64,000 nucleotides of DNA, taken from assembly GCA_963664435.2 (NCBI GenBank), contig CAXXKM010000003.1:896001-960000 (forward strand). The letters run 5' to 3'. Position numbers and translations under genes: made by a program. Below the pieces are notes generated by a model. It was not told the origin of the DNA. It made no database searches and was given only the letters and a program-made list of their open reading frames with translations. This document shows, piece by piece, positions 1 to 11,524 of the stretch. Each line of letters begins with the position of its first letter. Position 1 is the first letter of the stretch. This DNA is from Longimicrobiales bacterium (GTDB lineage Bacteria > Gemmatimonadota > Gemmatimonadetes > Longimicrobiales > Gaopeijiaceae).

Positions 1-110
1 GTCAGGGCGGATACCGGGCGCGACACATCGCGGAGACGGGGTGAGCGCGCGGGGCACGTCCGCAACGTGAGCCTTCCCAACCGGAACCGGTCCCCCGGAA
101 GAAGGCAGCC

Positions 111-1316
111 GTGACCCTCCGCTACGGCATGGTGGGCGGCGGGCCGGGCGCCTTCATCGGTCCGGTTCACCGCATGGCGGCCGCCCTCGACGGCGACTGG
201 CGACTGTGCGCGGGCGCGTTCTCGGCGGACGCGGAGATGGCGCGACGAACCGGGGCCCGGCTGGGCCTGGCGGCGGATCGCGCATACGGATCGTGGCGGG
301 AGATGGCGCGAGGCGAGGCGGCCCTGCCGGACGATGAGCGCATCCACGCGGTGGTGATCGTTACCCCGAACCACCTGCACCACCCGGTCGCACGAGCCTT
401 CCTGGAACGGGGAATACACGTCATCTGCGACAAGCCGCTGGCGGTGACGGTGGAGGAAGCCGACCATCTGTGCCGCCTGACGGCGTCGGCCGGCCTGGTC
501 TTCGCGGTGACCTACAACTACTCCGGCTACCCTATGGTCCGGGAAGCGCGCGCACGGGTGCGTGACGGCGCCATCGGCCAGGTGCGCAAGGTCGTGGTCG
601 AGTATTCGCAGGGATGGCTGGCGGAGCTGCTCGAGACGGAGGGGCACAAGCAGGCGGAGTGGAGAGCGGACCCCGCGCGCGGAGGGCCGTCCGCGGTGCT
701 GGGCGACATCGGCTCCCATGCGCACCATCTGCTCCGATACGTCACCGGCCTGGAGGTGCAGCGCCTGTTCGCCGACCTGGGCACCGTGGTGGCGGGCCGT
801 GCCGCCCACGACGACGCGGTGGTGCTGCTCGAGCTCGACGGAGGGGTGCGGGGCGTGCTGATGGCCTCCCAGATCGCCACGGGCGAGCGCAACCACCTGC
901 GCCTGCGCGTCTACGGCAGCGGGGGCGGGCTCGACTGGAACCAGGAGGAACCCAACCGCCTGCGGCTGCTGCGCCCCGACGGGTCCGAAGAGTTGGTGTA
1001 TCGCGGCGCCGGCGCCCGCTCGGCGTCGGCAACCGCCGCTACTCGCCTCCCCGGCGGCCATCCGGAAGGCTTTGTGGAGGCGTTTGCGAACCTCTACCGG
1101 GAAGTGGCGCGCGCAGTGCGGACGGGTGACTTTAGTGCGTGCGCGCAGAGTGGTGATGCTCGCCCGCCGAGCCGCCCGCCGGACGGCGGCGAGGAAGCTC
1201 CGGCGCCCGACTTCCCCACGGTTCAGGACGGCGCCCGCGGCATCCATTTCATCGAAAGCGCAATCCGCAGCGACCGGGCCGGATCCTGGATCGCGATCAG
1301 CTACGGCTCGCAATGA
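111..1316 (+). CDS. Gfo/Idh/MocA family oxidoreductase
   Basis: N-terminal GMVGGGPGAFIG Rossmann motif, TPNHLH, ICDKPL, GDIGSHAH, PGGHPEGF; GTG start. Confidence 0.92.
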   Translation: MTLRYGMVGGGPGAFIGPVHRMAAALDGDWRLCAGAFSADAEMARRTGARLGLAADRAYGSWREMARGEAALPDDERIHAVVIVTPNHLHHPVARAFLERGIHVICDKPLAVTVEEADHLCRLTASAGLVFAVTYNYSGYPMVREARARVRDGAIGQVRKVVVEYSQGWLAELLETEGHKQAEWRADPARGGPSAVLGDIGSHAHHLLRYVTGLEVQRLFADLGTVVAGRAAHDDAVVLLELDGGVRGVLMASQIATGERNHLRLRVYGSGGGLDWNQEEPNRLRLLRPDGSEELVYRGAGARSASATAATRLPGGHPEGFVEAFANLYREVARAVRTGDFSACAQSGDARPPSRPPDGGEEAPAPDFPTVQDGARGIHFIESAIRSDRAGSWIAISYGSQ

Positions 1317-1395
1317 TGCCGTTCATTCGAGAATCGACCGAAGGCAGGAGTCTTCCCATATCGTGACCTCCAGTGCCTCTGATCCGCGGACCCCG

Positions 1396-2841
1396 ATGCC
1401 GGTCGAGGCGTGCGCCGACCTGCAGATGGAGCCGGCCGAGATGCTCGAGCTGGCAAACCGGGCGGCAGAGCTTCTTGTGGAGCGCATCCAGAATCTGCCC
1501 TCCCAGGAAGCCTGGGACGGTGAGTTCAAACAGGGACTCGAGAAGGAGCTGATGCGGGACCCGCCCGAGCACGGCCGCCCCGCCCGGGAAGTTCTCGACG
1601 CGGTAGCCGGGTCCATCCTGCCCTATACGCTGCGCCTGGATCATCCCCGGTGCTTCGGGTTCGTGCCATCGGCCTCCACCTGGGCGGGCGTGGTCGCCGA
1701 TTTCCTTGCCGCCGGGTACAACGCGAACACGATCACCTGGTTGGTCGCGAGCGGCCCGAGCCAGCTCGAGCTGGTGGTCATCGACTGGATCCGCCGCTGG
1801 GTGGGGTACCCGAGGACCGCCGGCGGGCTCCTGACCAGCGGAGGCTCGGCAGCCGCCGTCGACGCGTTCGTCGCGGCCCGGGAGCGAGCGGGCCACCCCG
1901 AGCGGGCCACCGTGTACATGAGCGACCAGAGCCACAGCGCACAGGTTCGGGCAGCGAGGATCATCGGAGTCCGGCCGGAACATGTCCGCCGAGTGGCAAG
2001 CGATGGGCATTTCCGGCTGGATCTCGCAGAGCTGGCGCGCGCAGTGGCCGACGACCGCGAGGCGGGGCTGAGTCCCGTCGCCGTTTGCGCCAACGCCGGC
2101 GCCGGCAGCACGGGCGCAATCGATTCGCTGGAAGAGATGGCCGACTACTGTGAAGACGAAGACATCTGGCTCCACGTTGACGCCGCCTACGGGGGCTTTG
2201 CGGTCCTGACCGAGAAGGGCAGGAGTCTGTTGCAGGGAGTCCAGCGCGCCGACTCGATCGGCCTCGACGCCCACAAGTGGCTCTTCCAGCCCTACGAGGC
2301 GGGGTGCCTCCTGGTAAAGGACGCGGCTACGCTCGAAGACGCCTTCGCGGTGCCCCACGACATGCTGCAGGACACGGTCTGGGGCGCGAACCATCCCAAC
2401 TTCGCGGACCGCGGACTGCAACACAGCCGGTCGTTTCGGGCCTTGAAGATCTGGTTTTCGGTCCAGACCTACGGCCTGTCCGCGTTCCGGCGCGCCGTGT
2501 CACTGGGAATGGCGCTGGCCGGCAGGGCCGAGCGGTACATCCGCGAGAGTCCGCTTCTCGAGATCCTCACCCCGGCTTCGCTGGGCATCGTGTGCTTCCG
2601 GGTGAACGCCCGGGACGCAGGCGTTGACGAGACATCCGTGGACGGGATCAATCGAGAGGTGCTCGCCCGCCTCTTCTGGGACGACCGGGCCTTCATATCC
2701 TCCACGAACCTCAAGGGCACGTTTTCGCTCAGGATGTGCATCGTCAACCACACCACCACCTGGGACGACGTGCGGGAGACGCTCGAAGCCATCGAACGGT
2801 TCGGGACGGAGGCCCTGGACCAGGCTTTGCGAGGGGAGTGA
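1396..2841 (+). CDS. PLP-dependent group II (aromatic L-amino acid-type) decarboxylase
   Basis: [28 protein letters not shown] (PLP lysine). Start uncertain (ATG 1396 or GTG 1363); ORF track extends to 1072. Confidence 0.9.
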   Translation: MPVEACADLQMEPAEMLELANRAAELLVERIQNLPSQEAWDGEFKQGLEKELMRDPPEHGRPAREVLDAVAGSILPYTLRLDHPRCFGFVPSASTWAGVVADFLAAGYNANTITWLVASGPSQLELVVIDWIRRWVGYPRTAGGLLTSGGSAAAVDAFVAARERAGHPERATVYMSDQSHSAQVRAARIIGVRPEHVRRVASDGHFRLDLAELARAVADDREAGLSPVAVCANAGAGSTGAIDSLEEMADYCEDEDIWLHVDAAYGGFAVLTEKGRSLLQGVQRADSIGLDAHKWLFQPYEAGCLLVKDAATLEDAFAVPHDMLQDTVWGANHPNFADRGLQHSRSFRALKIWFSVQTYGLSAFRRAVSLGMALAGRAERYIRESPLLEILTPASLGIVCFRVNARDAGVDETSVDGINREVLARLFWDDRAFISSTNLKGTFSLRMCIVNHTTTWDDVRETLEAIERFGTEALDQALRGE

Positions 2842-2848
2842 CCCGCGC

Positions 2849-3865
<1,017 letters not shown>

Positions 3866-3935
3866 TTCAAACTCTGGTTCAGGATCGATGGCGCGGGTCG
3901 TATATTGTTCCTCGATCCCCACCCCAGGCAGGCAC

Positions 3936-5030
3936 ATGCCGAACAGACACCATCAAGTTGCGGCGCGGCGCCATGGCCCGCCTCGCAAACATGCCGTCCC
4001 CCTCCTCACTTTGCTGGCCGTCTGCCTGGCCGCGTGCGAATCCGAGGTCGCGGCGCCCGGGGAGGAAAGCTTCGAGGAGGGCGAGATCTCCTTCGACGCC
4101 TCGTCCCCCACGGACTTCGTCTATCTGAACATCGCGAACGGGACGAGGGTGACCCCCGCCGATCCCGCCACCTCAACCGAATGGCACATGGCGTTCCGGC
4201 GCTTCGCGGTGCGTCTGAACAGCGGTGTTTCGGGTCCGGGATCCGTGTCGGGATTCAATCTCGGCACCAACGCCAGTGCGTCCGCGGACCAAATCGCCGC
4301 CTTGGCGCCTGAGGACGGAGAGGCCGCGTTCCAAACCGTGACCGAAGCCGACATCCCGGCGTCCTCGGCCTTCGTCGAGGATGGCTTGGCGCCGGATCCC
4401 GGCTCCACCTGGTTCCGCTTCGATCCGCAGGCGGGGACGCTGGTGGCGGATCCGCGGGTGGCGTGGAAGGTGCGGGAGAGTTCGGGACGGGGTCACGCCC
4501 TCTTTCGCGTCGTGGAGCTGCGGATGGAGGGACAGCGGCCGCTGGGCCTGAACATCGAACACCGGCGCCAGGATGCGGACGGCGCCCTGGGTGAGGCGCG
4601 CATCGCCGCCGCCGATCTCACGCGCGGTCCGGCGTACGTCGGCTTCGCGGGAGCCGAGGGGCCGCGGGCGGGCAGCTGCGACTGGGACATCGGGGTGTCG
4701 CCCGAATTCGGCGTGCTCGTGAACGCGGACTGCGGCGCCGGCACCTTCCCGCTCGACGCGGCACGAGACTTCACCACGGAGACGCGCGCCGACGACGCCC
4801 CCGAATACGCCGACTTCCTGGCCGTGATCGCGGGCGCCTTTCCGGCCAGCGTCACCGACGGCGGCGGGATCTTCTGGTACGGCATCCAGAACAACAACCG
4901 CCTGTGGCCAACCTACAACGTCTTCCTGGTGAAGGTGGACCAGGACATTCACAAGGTGCAGGTCCACGACTACTACAGCGCCAACGGAGCGTCGGGCTTC
5001 CCGTCCGTGAGGTTCCAGCGCCTCCGATGA
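3936..5030 (+). CDS. HmuY family heme-binding lipoprotein
   Basis: Lipobox LAAC; WHMAFRR..LNSGVSGPG and C-terminal KVQVHDYY..GASGFPSVRF motifs typical of HmuY; overlaps the TonB receptor start (ATGA). Confidence 0.8.
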   Translation: MPNRHHQVAARRHGPPRKHAVPLLTLLAVCLAACESEVAAPGEESFEEGEISFDASSPTDFVYLNIANGTRVTPADPATSTEWHMAFRRFAVRLNSGVSGPGSVSGFNLGTNASASADQIAALAPEDGEAAFQTVTEADIPASSAFVEDGLAPDPGSTWFRFDPQAGTLVADPRVAWKVRESSGRGHALFRVVELRMEGQRPLGLNIEHRRQDADGALGEARIAAADLTRGPAYVGFAGAEGPRAGSCDWDIGVSPEFGVLVNADCGAGTFPLDAARDFTTETRADDAPEYADFLAVIAGAFPASVTDGGGIFWYGIQNNNRLWPTYNVFLVKVDQDIHKVQVHDYYSANGASGFPSVRFQRLR

Positions 5031-7222
5031 ACGTCGCCGCCCGGGCGGCGCTGGTGGCGGGGGTCCTGGGCATCGCCGGCGCTTCGCCCGCGCGCGCGCT
5101 GAGCGCGCCGCCTCAGCCGTCGCGGGCGGAGGCGTGCCCGGGGCGGGTGGTCGACCGGGCGTCGGGCGCGGCCATTGCCGAGGCGAGCGTGCTGTGGACC
5201 CCGCCCGGCCCGGCGCGCGCCGCCGCGGATGCGGGCGAGGGCCCGGAGCCGGTGTTCAGCAACTCGCTCGGGGCCTTCGCGAGGCCCGAATCCTGGGGAC
5301 CGGGGGGCACGATCGAGGTGGCGGCGCTCGGATACGTTGCCCGCACCCTGACCTGGGAAGAGGCGGAGGCGGCGGAATGGCGCCTGGACCTCGCCCGCGA
5401 CCCGCTCGCGTTGGACGAGCTCGTGGTGACGGCCAGCGCGCGCGCGCGGCGCCGGTCGGAGATCGCCCTGCCGGTGGAGACCATCGAGGCGGCGGAGATC
5501 GCCGCCGCCGGGGCCGCCTCCGCCGACCGCCTTCTCGAGGAACTGCCGGGCGTGCAGGTGACCGGAAGCGCGCCGACCGGTTCGAGCCTCCTCATCCGGG
5601 GCATCGGCGGCGCGCGCGTGCTCGTGCTTCTCGACGGGCAGCCGGTCACCGGAACCCTCATCGAGAATCGCGACCTGAGCCGCATGTCGCTCGCCGGAAC
5701 CGACCGGGTCGAGATCGTGAAGGGCCCGATGTCGTCCCTGTACGGATCCGACGCCCTCGGTGGCGTGGTCAACGTCATCACCCGGCTGCCCGCCTCCGGC
5801 TTCCGCCTGGACGCGCGCGCACTTTCGGGCGGGGCGGGGCGGCAGGAGGCGGAGGTGACCGCAAGCGGAGGGGGCCGCGTTCAGTACGGAGTCACCGGGG
5901 GATGGCGCCAGGAGAACCAGGTGCCGGGACTGGTCAGCGGCGGCCAGGAAGCCTTCGCGCGCGTCTGGGACGGGCGCTCCCGCCTGCGCTTCGCCGTGAC
6001 CGACGACTGGGAGCTGCGCGCCGGGCTCACCCTGCTGCGCGAGCGCCAGCGATGGCCGGTCGGGGGTGGATTCTCGGGCTTCAACGACAACCGCGGCTTG
6101 TCAGGCTGGCTCGAGACCCGCCGCCGCGCCGGCCCCGGGGAGTGGAGCGCGACCGTCTTCGCGCAGGACTACGAGCATCTCTACCGGAGCGCCCGCGGCG
6201 CGGCGCCGATCGCCGGCGATCGCTCCAACGCCCAGCGGGAGCGGCTGGCCAAGGCCACCGCGGGTTACTCCGGCACCTGGGGCGACCACGACTTCGACAT
6301 CGGCGTCGAGGGCGCGGCGCGCTTTATCGAGTCGCCCGACAAGTTGGTCGAGGAACGGGCGTCGGACGACCAGATCGCCCTCTTCGCGCAGGACGCGTGG
6401 CGGCTGGGCGCCACGGTCGCGAGCGCCGGCGCGCGCCTCACCCGCAACAGCCGCTGGGGATCGAACCTGGCGCCCTCGCTCGGGCTGACCCACGCCCTCC
6501 GCCGGAACCTGCGCCTGCGCGCCGCCGTCGCCCAGGGCTTCCGCGCGCCGTCATTCAAGGAGCTCGGCTGGCGGTACGTCAACCTGGCGGCGGGGGTCAC
6601 CGTCCAAGGCCATCCCGACCTGCGGCCCGAGCGCTCCTGGAGCGTGTCGGCCGGCGCCGAATGGCGCCCGCGCGAGCGGCTGCTCGTCAACGTCGAAGCC
6701 TATTCCAACCGCATCGAGAACCTCGTCGAACTCGGGTTCATCGGCAACGCGGCCAGCGGCCTTCTCGTCTACTCGCCACGCAACCTGGCGAACGCCGTCA
6801 CGCAGGGCTTCGAGCTCACGCTGCACGCACTGGCGGGGGACGGCGAGTTCTCCGTCGGCTACGCGCACCTCGACGCGCACACGGGCTCCGGAGGACGGCT
6901 GGACCGGCGCGCCAGGCACTCCGGGCGGGCTCGTGCCACCTGGATCGTCGAGGAGCTGGCGGGGCTGCGCCTGGACGCCACCGCCCACTTCACCGGAAGC
7001 GCGCCTATCATCCTCACTCAACCCGACGGAACCACGGTTCCCCTCGGGACCCAGGACCGCTTCACGGCCGTGGACCTGCAGGCGTCCCTCCCCGTCGCGG
7101 ACCACCTCGAGCTGCTCGCCGGCGTCGACAACCTCTTCGACGTCCGCCCCGAGGGATGGCAGGGCCTCATCGAACGCCGGTTCCGGATGAGCGTCCGTCT
7201 CCGGGAGCTGTTCGCCGGATAG
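5027..7222 (+). CDS. TonB-dependent receptor (probable heme/iron family)
   Basis: LDELVVTAS TonB-box region, plug motif RVEIVKGPMSSLYGSDALGGVVNVIT, GFRAP and HPDLRPERS barrel motifs. Confidence 0.92.
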   Translation: MNVAARAALVAGVLGIAGASPARALSAPPQPSRAEACPGRVVDRASGAAIAEASVLWTPPGPARAAADAGEGPEPVFSNSLGAFARPESWGPGGTIEVAALGYVARTLTWEEAEAAEWRLDLARDPLALDELVVTASARARRRSEIALPVETIEAAEIAAAGAASADRLLEELPGVQVTGSAPTGSSLLIRGIGGARVLVLLDGQPVTGTLIENRDLSRMSLAGTDRVEIVKGPMSSLYGSDALGGVVNVITRLPASGFRLDARALSGGAGRQEAEVTASGGGRVQYGVTGGWRQENQVPGLVSGGQEAFARVWDGRSRLRFAVTDDWELRAGLTLLRERQRWPVGGGFSGFNDNRGLSGWLETRRRAGPGEWSATVFAQDYEHLYRSARGAAPIAGDRSNAQRERLAKATAGYSGTWGDHDFDIGVEGAARFIESPDKLVEERASDDQIALFAQDAWRLGATVASAGARLTRNSRWGSNLAPSLGLTHALRRNLRLRAAVAQGFRAPSFKELGWRYVNLAAGVTVQGHPDLRPERSWSVSAGAEWRPRERLLVNVEAYSNRIENLVELGFIGNAASGLLVYSPRNLANAVTQGFELTLHALAGDGEFSVGYAHLDAHTGSGGRLDRRARHSGRARATWIVEELAGLRLDATAHFTGSAPIILTQPDGTTVPLGTQDRFTAVDLQASLPVADHLELLAGVDNLFDVRPEGWQGLIERRFRMSVRLRELFAG

Positions 7223-7321
7223 GCCTCGTCCGGCGGAGGTCACGCCACTTTCCGACTCGGGCCGCCCGTGCTTATGTTGCGGCGTCTTTCGTCTACCCGT
7301 TTCCCAGCCCCCGGTACGCCA

Positions 7322-8944
7322 ATGGTTAAACGAATGCTCGGAGCGATGCTGGTCGCCCTCCTCATCACCCCCGCCACCACGGCCGCGCAGAGCCTTTCCG
7401 ACGAGGAACTGGAGCCTCTCACGGCGCGCGTGGAAGAAGGCGTACTGGAGCGCGCGAAGCTGGCCCAGGTCATGGTCGACAAAATCTTCTCGTTCTCCGA
7501 ACTCGGTCAGCAGGAGACCGAGACCTCGGCATACGTCACGGGGATCCTGGAGGAGAACGGCTTCACCATCGAGCACGCACCCGCCGGCATCCCGACCGCC
7601 TGGTTCGCACGCTGGGGGAGCGGGAGGCCGGTGATCTCCTTCGGGTCGGACATCGACGGCATCCCCAAGGCCAACCAGAAGCCCGGCGTGGCCTTTCACG
7701 ATCCGCTGATTCCGGGCGCCCCCGGCCACGGCGAGGGGCACAACTCCGGACAGGCCGTGAACGTGGTGGCGGCGCTCGCGCTCAAGGAGGTCATGGAGGC
7801 CGAGGGCATCGCGGGCACGCTCGTGCTCTGGCCCGGGGTCGCGGAGGAGCAGCTGGGCTCGAAGGCCTGGTACGTGCGCGACGGCTATCTGGAGGACATC
7901 GACGTCACGCTGTTCACACACGTCAGCAGCAACCTGTCGGTGAGCTGGGGCCAGGGCAGCGGGACCGGACTCGTCTCCGTCGAGTTCACCTTCGAGGGCG
8001 AGGCTGCGCATGGCGCCGGGGCTCCCTGGCGGGGCCGCAGCGCGCTGGACGCGGTCGAGCTGATGAACGTCGCCTGGAACTTCCGGCGCGAGCATCTGCG
8101 GCCCGACCAGCGCTCCCACTACGTGATCAGCGACGGCGGCGATCAGCCCAACGTCGTGCCGCCGAGCGCTTCGGTATGGTATTTCATCCGCGAGATGGAC
8201 TACGAGGACATCAAGCGCAACTTCGACACCGCCATCCGCATCGCCGAGGGCGCGGCCATGATGACCGACACCGAGATGTCGTACCGGATCATCGGAACCG
8301 CCTGGCCGCGGCACTTCAACCGGGTCGTGGCCGAGACCATGTACCAGCATATCGAGGACGTCGGACTGCCGGAGTGGACCGACGACGACCACGACTTCGC
8401 GAGCGCGGTGCAGGAATCGGTGGGGAGCGTTCCATCGGGGATGCCGACCGCCCTGTCGCAGCTCGGCGAGCCGGGGCCGCGCCGGAGCGGCGGCTCCGAC
8501 GACATCGGCGACATCTCGTGGAACGTGCCCACGGTGACCCTGCGCTTCCCTTCCAATGTGCCGGGGCTTCCCGGCCACCACTGGTCGAGCGCCATGGCGA
8601 TGGCCACCCCCATCGCGCACAAGGGCGCGGTTGCCGGCGCGCGCGTCATGGCCCGCACGGCGCTCCAGCTCTTCGCCCAGCCGGAACTGGTCGAGGAAGC
8701 CTGGACCTACTTCCGCGACGAACAGACCGCGGCCGTGGAGTACATCCCCTTCCTCGGCCCCGACGACCCGCCGCCCATCGATCTGAACAAGGAGATCATG
8801 GACACCTATCGTCCGCTCCTTGAGCAGTACTACTATGATGAGACCCGCTTCGAGACCTATCTGGAACAGCTTGGGATCATGTATCCCACGCTTTCGCGGC
8901 CGGTTTCCGAAGATGACCGGCAGGGCGGCCCGGGGTCGCGTTGA
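7322..8944 (+). CDS. M20 family amidohydrolase (AbgB-like), secreted
   Basis: GSDIDG, GHGEGHNSG, VAEE, AHGAGAPWRGRSALDA, GGSDDIGD, PGHHW; signal peptide. Confidence 0.88.
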   Translation: MVKRMLGAMLVALLITPATTAAQSLSDEELEPLTARVEEGVLERAKLAQVMVDKIFSFSELGQQETETSAYVTGILEENGFTIEHAPAGIPTAWFARWGSGRPVISFGSDIDGIPKANQKPGVAFHDPLIPGAPGHGEGHNSGQAVNVVAALALKEVMEAEGIAGTLVLWPGVAEEQLGSKAWYVRDGYLEDIDVTLFTHVSSNLSVSWGQGSGTGLVSVEFTFEGEAAHGAGAPWRGRSALDAVELMNVAWNFRREHLRPDQRSHYVISDGGDQPNVVPPSASVWYFIREMDYEDIKRNFDTAIRIAEGAAMMTDTEMSYRIIGTAWPRHFNRVVAETMYQHIEDVGLPEWTDDDHDFASAVQESVGSVPSGMPTALSQLGEPGPRRSGGSDDIGDISWNVPTVTLRFPSNVPGLPGHHWSSAMAMATPIAHKGAVAGARVMARTALQLFAQPELVEEAWTYFRDEQTAAVEYIPFLGPDDPPPIDLNKEIMDTYRPLLEQYYYDETRFETYLEQLGIMYPTLSRPVSEDDRQGGPGSR

Positions 8945-8969
8945 GGACTATCACAACCGGAGTTTTCCG

Positions 8970-9473
8970 ATGATCGAAGCCAGCCGAAGACTTCTTTCCG
9001 CCGCCGCCACCATGCTGCTGGTGGCGAGCCTCACCGGCGCGGGTGGCCTCCCGGAGGCCGTCACGGAGCCGCCGGTCGACGCACCGCCGGTCGCATCGGC
9101 CGACGATCCGACCGAAGTGGGCTGGCGGCTCCTGGCCAGCCTTAACTACCGCACGGGCGAGAAGAGCGAGGACCTGGCCGCTCTCGACGGCAAGCTCGTC
9201 AAGATCCCCGGGTTCACGGTGCCGCTCGAGGACTGGGCGTCCTCGGCGACGGAATTCCTCCTCGTGCCCTATGTCGGCGCCTGCATCCACACGCCGCCTC
9301 CCCCGCCCAACCAGCTCGTCTACATCGAGATGGACCAGGGCAAGCGAGCGGCGATGGACGGCTGGAACCCGGTGTGGGTCGAGGGCGTGCTCCAGATCGA
9401 GATGACGGAGAGCGTGTACGGCGCCGTTGGCTTCACCATCACCGGCCAGCGGGTCTATCCGTACGGTTCCTGA
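8970..9473 (+). CDS. DUF3299 domain protein
   Basis: LDGKLVKIPGF.VPL and EFLLVPYVGACIHTPPPPPNQLV signature. Confidence 0.9.
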   Translation: MIEASRRLLSAAATMLLVASLTGAGGLPEAVTEPPVDAPPVASADDPTEVGWRLLASLNYRTGEKSEDLAALDGKLVKIPGFTVPLEDWASSATEFLLVPYVGACIHTPPPPPNQLVYIEMDQGKRAAMDGWNPVWVEGVLQIEMTESVYGAVGFTITGQRVYPYGS

Positions 9474-9501
9474 TCCGCGACGCAGCCATATGCATGGATC
9501 G

Positions 9502-9535
9502 AGCGCGCCATCGCTGAGCCGAGGGCGCGCTTTTT
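9502..9535 (+). terminator. Possible intrinsic terminator/attenuator between DUF3299 and ABC ATPase
   Basis: AGCGCGCC/GGCGCGCT stem followed by a T run; loop is long (14 nt). Confidence 0.35.
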
Positions 9536-9569
9536 CGTGGAGCTGCGCTCCGCAGGGAGACCCCACTGG

Positions 9570-10253
9570 ATGAGCCTCGCAATCGACGTCCGGCGCCTGC
9601 GCTTCCGCTACGGCGGCGGCCCCTGGGTGCTTGACATCCCTGAACTGACGCTCGAACGCGGCGAACGCGCGTTTCTGTTCGGTCCGAGCGGGAGCGGCAA
9701 GACCACGCTGCTCGGCGTGCTCGCGGGCGTTCTCGAGGCAGACGAGGGCAGGGTGAACGTGCTGGGCAGGGACCTCCCGTCCCTCTCCGGCGCCCAGCGG
9801 GACGCCTTCCGGGCGGAGCACATCGGCTATGTCTTCCAGATGTTCAACCTCATCCCCTACCTGTCGGTTCTCGACAACATCGCGCTTCCGGCGCGCATGA
9901 ACGCAGGACGGCGGGCCCGGCTGGACGGCGCGGGCGTGAAGGAGACCGCAGCCCTGCTCGCGGATCATCTTCACATCGGCGATCTGCTGAAGAAGCCGGT
10001 GACGGAACTCTCGGTGGGCCAGCAGCAGCGGGTGGCCGCCTGCCGGGCGCTGATCGGGGCCCCGGAGCTCATCGTCGCCGATGAACCGACCTCCTCCCTG
10101 GACTTCGACCGCCGCGAGGCCTTCCTGGAGCTGCTCTTCCAGGAGTGCGAGCGAGCCGGCGCAACGCTGGTGTTCGTGAGCCACGACCGCACGCTGGAGG
10201 GCATGTTTTCCCGCACCATCTCGCTTCCCGACATCAACAAGGCGGCGCTCTGA
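9570..10253 (+). CDS. ABC transporter ATP-binding protein (LolD/MacB-like)
   Basis: Walker A GPSGSGKT, LSVGQQQRVA, ADEPT, VSHD. Confidence 0.93.
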   Translation: MSLAIDVRRLRFRYGGGPWVLDIPELTLERGERAFLFGPSGSGKTTLLGVLAGVLEADEGRVNVLGRDLPSLSGAQRDAFRAEHIGYVFQMFNLIPYLSVLDNIALPARMNAGRRARLDGAGVKETAALLADHLHIGDLLKKPVTELSVGQQQRVAACRALIGAPELIVADEPTSSLDFDRREAFLELLFQECERAGATLVFVSHDRTLEGMFSRTISLPDINKAAL

Positions 10254-11518
10254 TGCTGGTTCTCGATCTCGCGCTCAAATCGCTCCGCAACCGCGCCTTC
10301 AGCACCTCGCTCACGGTGGGGTCCATCGCGCTCAGCGTCGCCCTCCTGATCGGCGTCGAGAACGTGCGCGTGGGCATGCGCGAGAGCTTCTCCAACACCA
10401 TAAGCCAGACCGACCTGATCGTGGGCGCCAAGGGAGGCACCATCCAGCTGCTGCTGTACTCGGTCTTCGGCATGGGATCGCCGACAAGCAACCTGACCTG
10501 GGATACCTACCGCGAGTGGGCCGAGCACCCCGCGATCGAGTGGACCATCCCCTACGGCCTCGGCGACAGCCACCGGGGATTTCGCGTCATCGGGACCAAC
10601 GAGGACTTCTATCGCCACTACCGCTACCGCGGCGGGCAGGCCATCGCGCTGGCCGAGGGCCGGGCCGGCTCGGAGGTGTTCGACGTCACCCTGGGTGCGG
10701 ACGTGGCCAGCGAGCTGGGCTACGGGCTCGGCGACGAGGTGGCGGTGACGCACGGCATCGGCGAGGTGGGCTTCCTGAACCATGACCAGCTGCCGTTCGA
10801 GGTGGTGGGCATCCTCGCCAAGACCTTCACCCCGGTCGACCGCGCAATCTACGTCACCCTCGAGGGCATCGAGGCCATCCACTTCGGATGGGAAGACGGC
10901 GCGCCGCCCATGCCCGGCGAGGAGCCGACGCCCGACGACGTGCTCGCGATGGAGGAGATCGAGATCACCCAGGTGACGTCGTTCTTCGTGGGCGCGACCA
11001 ACCGGAGGGACGTGCTCCGGCTCCAGCGCGAGATCAACGACTACGAGAGCGAGCCGATGATGGCCGTCATCCCCGGGCTGGCGCTGAGCGAGATGTGGCA
11101 GGGGATCGGCTACGCCGAGACCGGGCTCCGGGTGGTGACCATCTTCGTCGTCCTGGTCGGACTCCTGGGCATGCTGGTCTCGCTCTACACCTCGCTCAAC
11201 GAGCGCCGCCGCGAGATGGCGATCCTGCGCGCCGTTGGGGCCGGCCCCAACAGGATCATCGCGCTGCTGGTGCTCGAGTCGGTGTGCCTGGCGGCGGCGG
11301 GGGCCATCGCCGGACTGGCGCTGGTGTACGTGCTGTTCTCAGCCGGGCAGCCGATCGTCGAGGCCCAGGTGGGACTCTTCATCCCGATCCGGCCCCCCGG
11401 CTCCATCGAGCTGCTCTTCCTGGGCGCGGTGGTGACGGCCGGGTTCCTGATGGGCTTCGTGCCCGCGCTCAAGGCCTACCGCACGGCCCTCCACGACGGG
11501 CTGGCGGTGCGGGTATAG
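10253..11518 (+). CDS. ABC transporter permease (FtsX/MacB-like)
   Basis: DLIVGAKGG, LGDSHRGF, NERRREMAILRAVGA; TGATG coupling with the ATPase. Confidence 0.92.
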   Translation: MLVLDLALKSLRNRAFSTSLTVGSIALSVALLIGVENVRVGMRESFSNTISQTDLIVGAKGGTIQLLLYSVFGMGSPTSNLTWDTYREWAEHPAIEWTIPYGLGDSHRGFRVIGTNEDFYRHYRYRGGQAIALAEGRAGSEVFDVTLGADVASELGYGLGDEVAVTHGIGEVGFLNHDQLPFEVVGILAKTFTPVDRAIYVTLEGIEAIHFGWEDGAPPMPGEEPTPDDVLAMEEIEITQVTSFFVGATNRRDVLRLQREINDYESEPMMAVIPGLALSEMWQGIGYAETGLRVVTIFVVLVGLLGMLVSLYTSLNERRREMAILRAVGAGPNRIIALLVLESVCLAAAGAIAGLALVYVLFSAGQPIVEAQVGLFIPIRPPGSIELLFLGAVVTAGFLMGFVPALKAYRTALHDGLAVRV

Positions 11519-11524
11519 GGGTCC

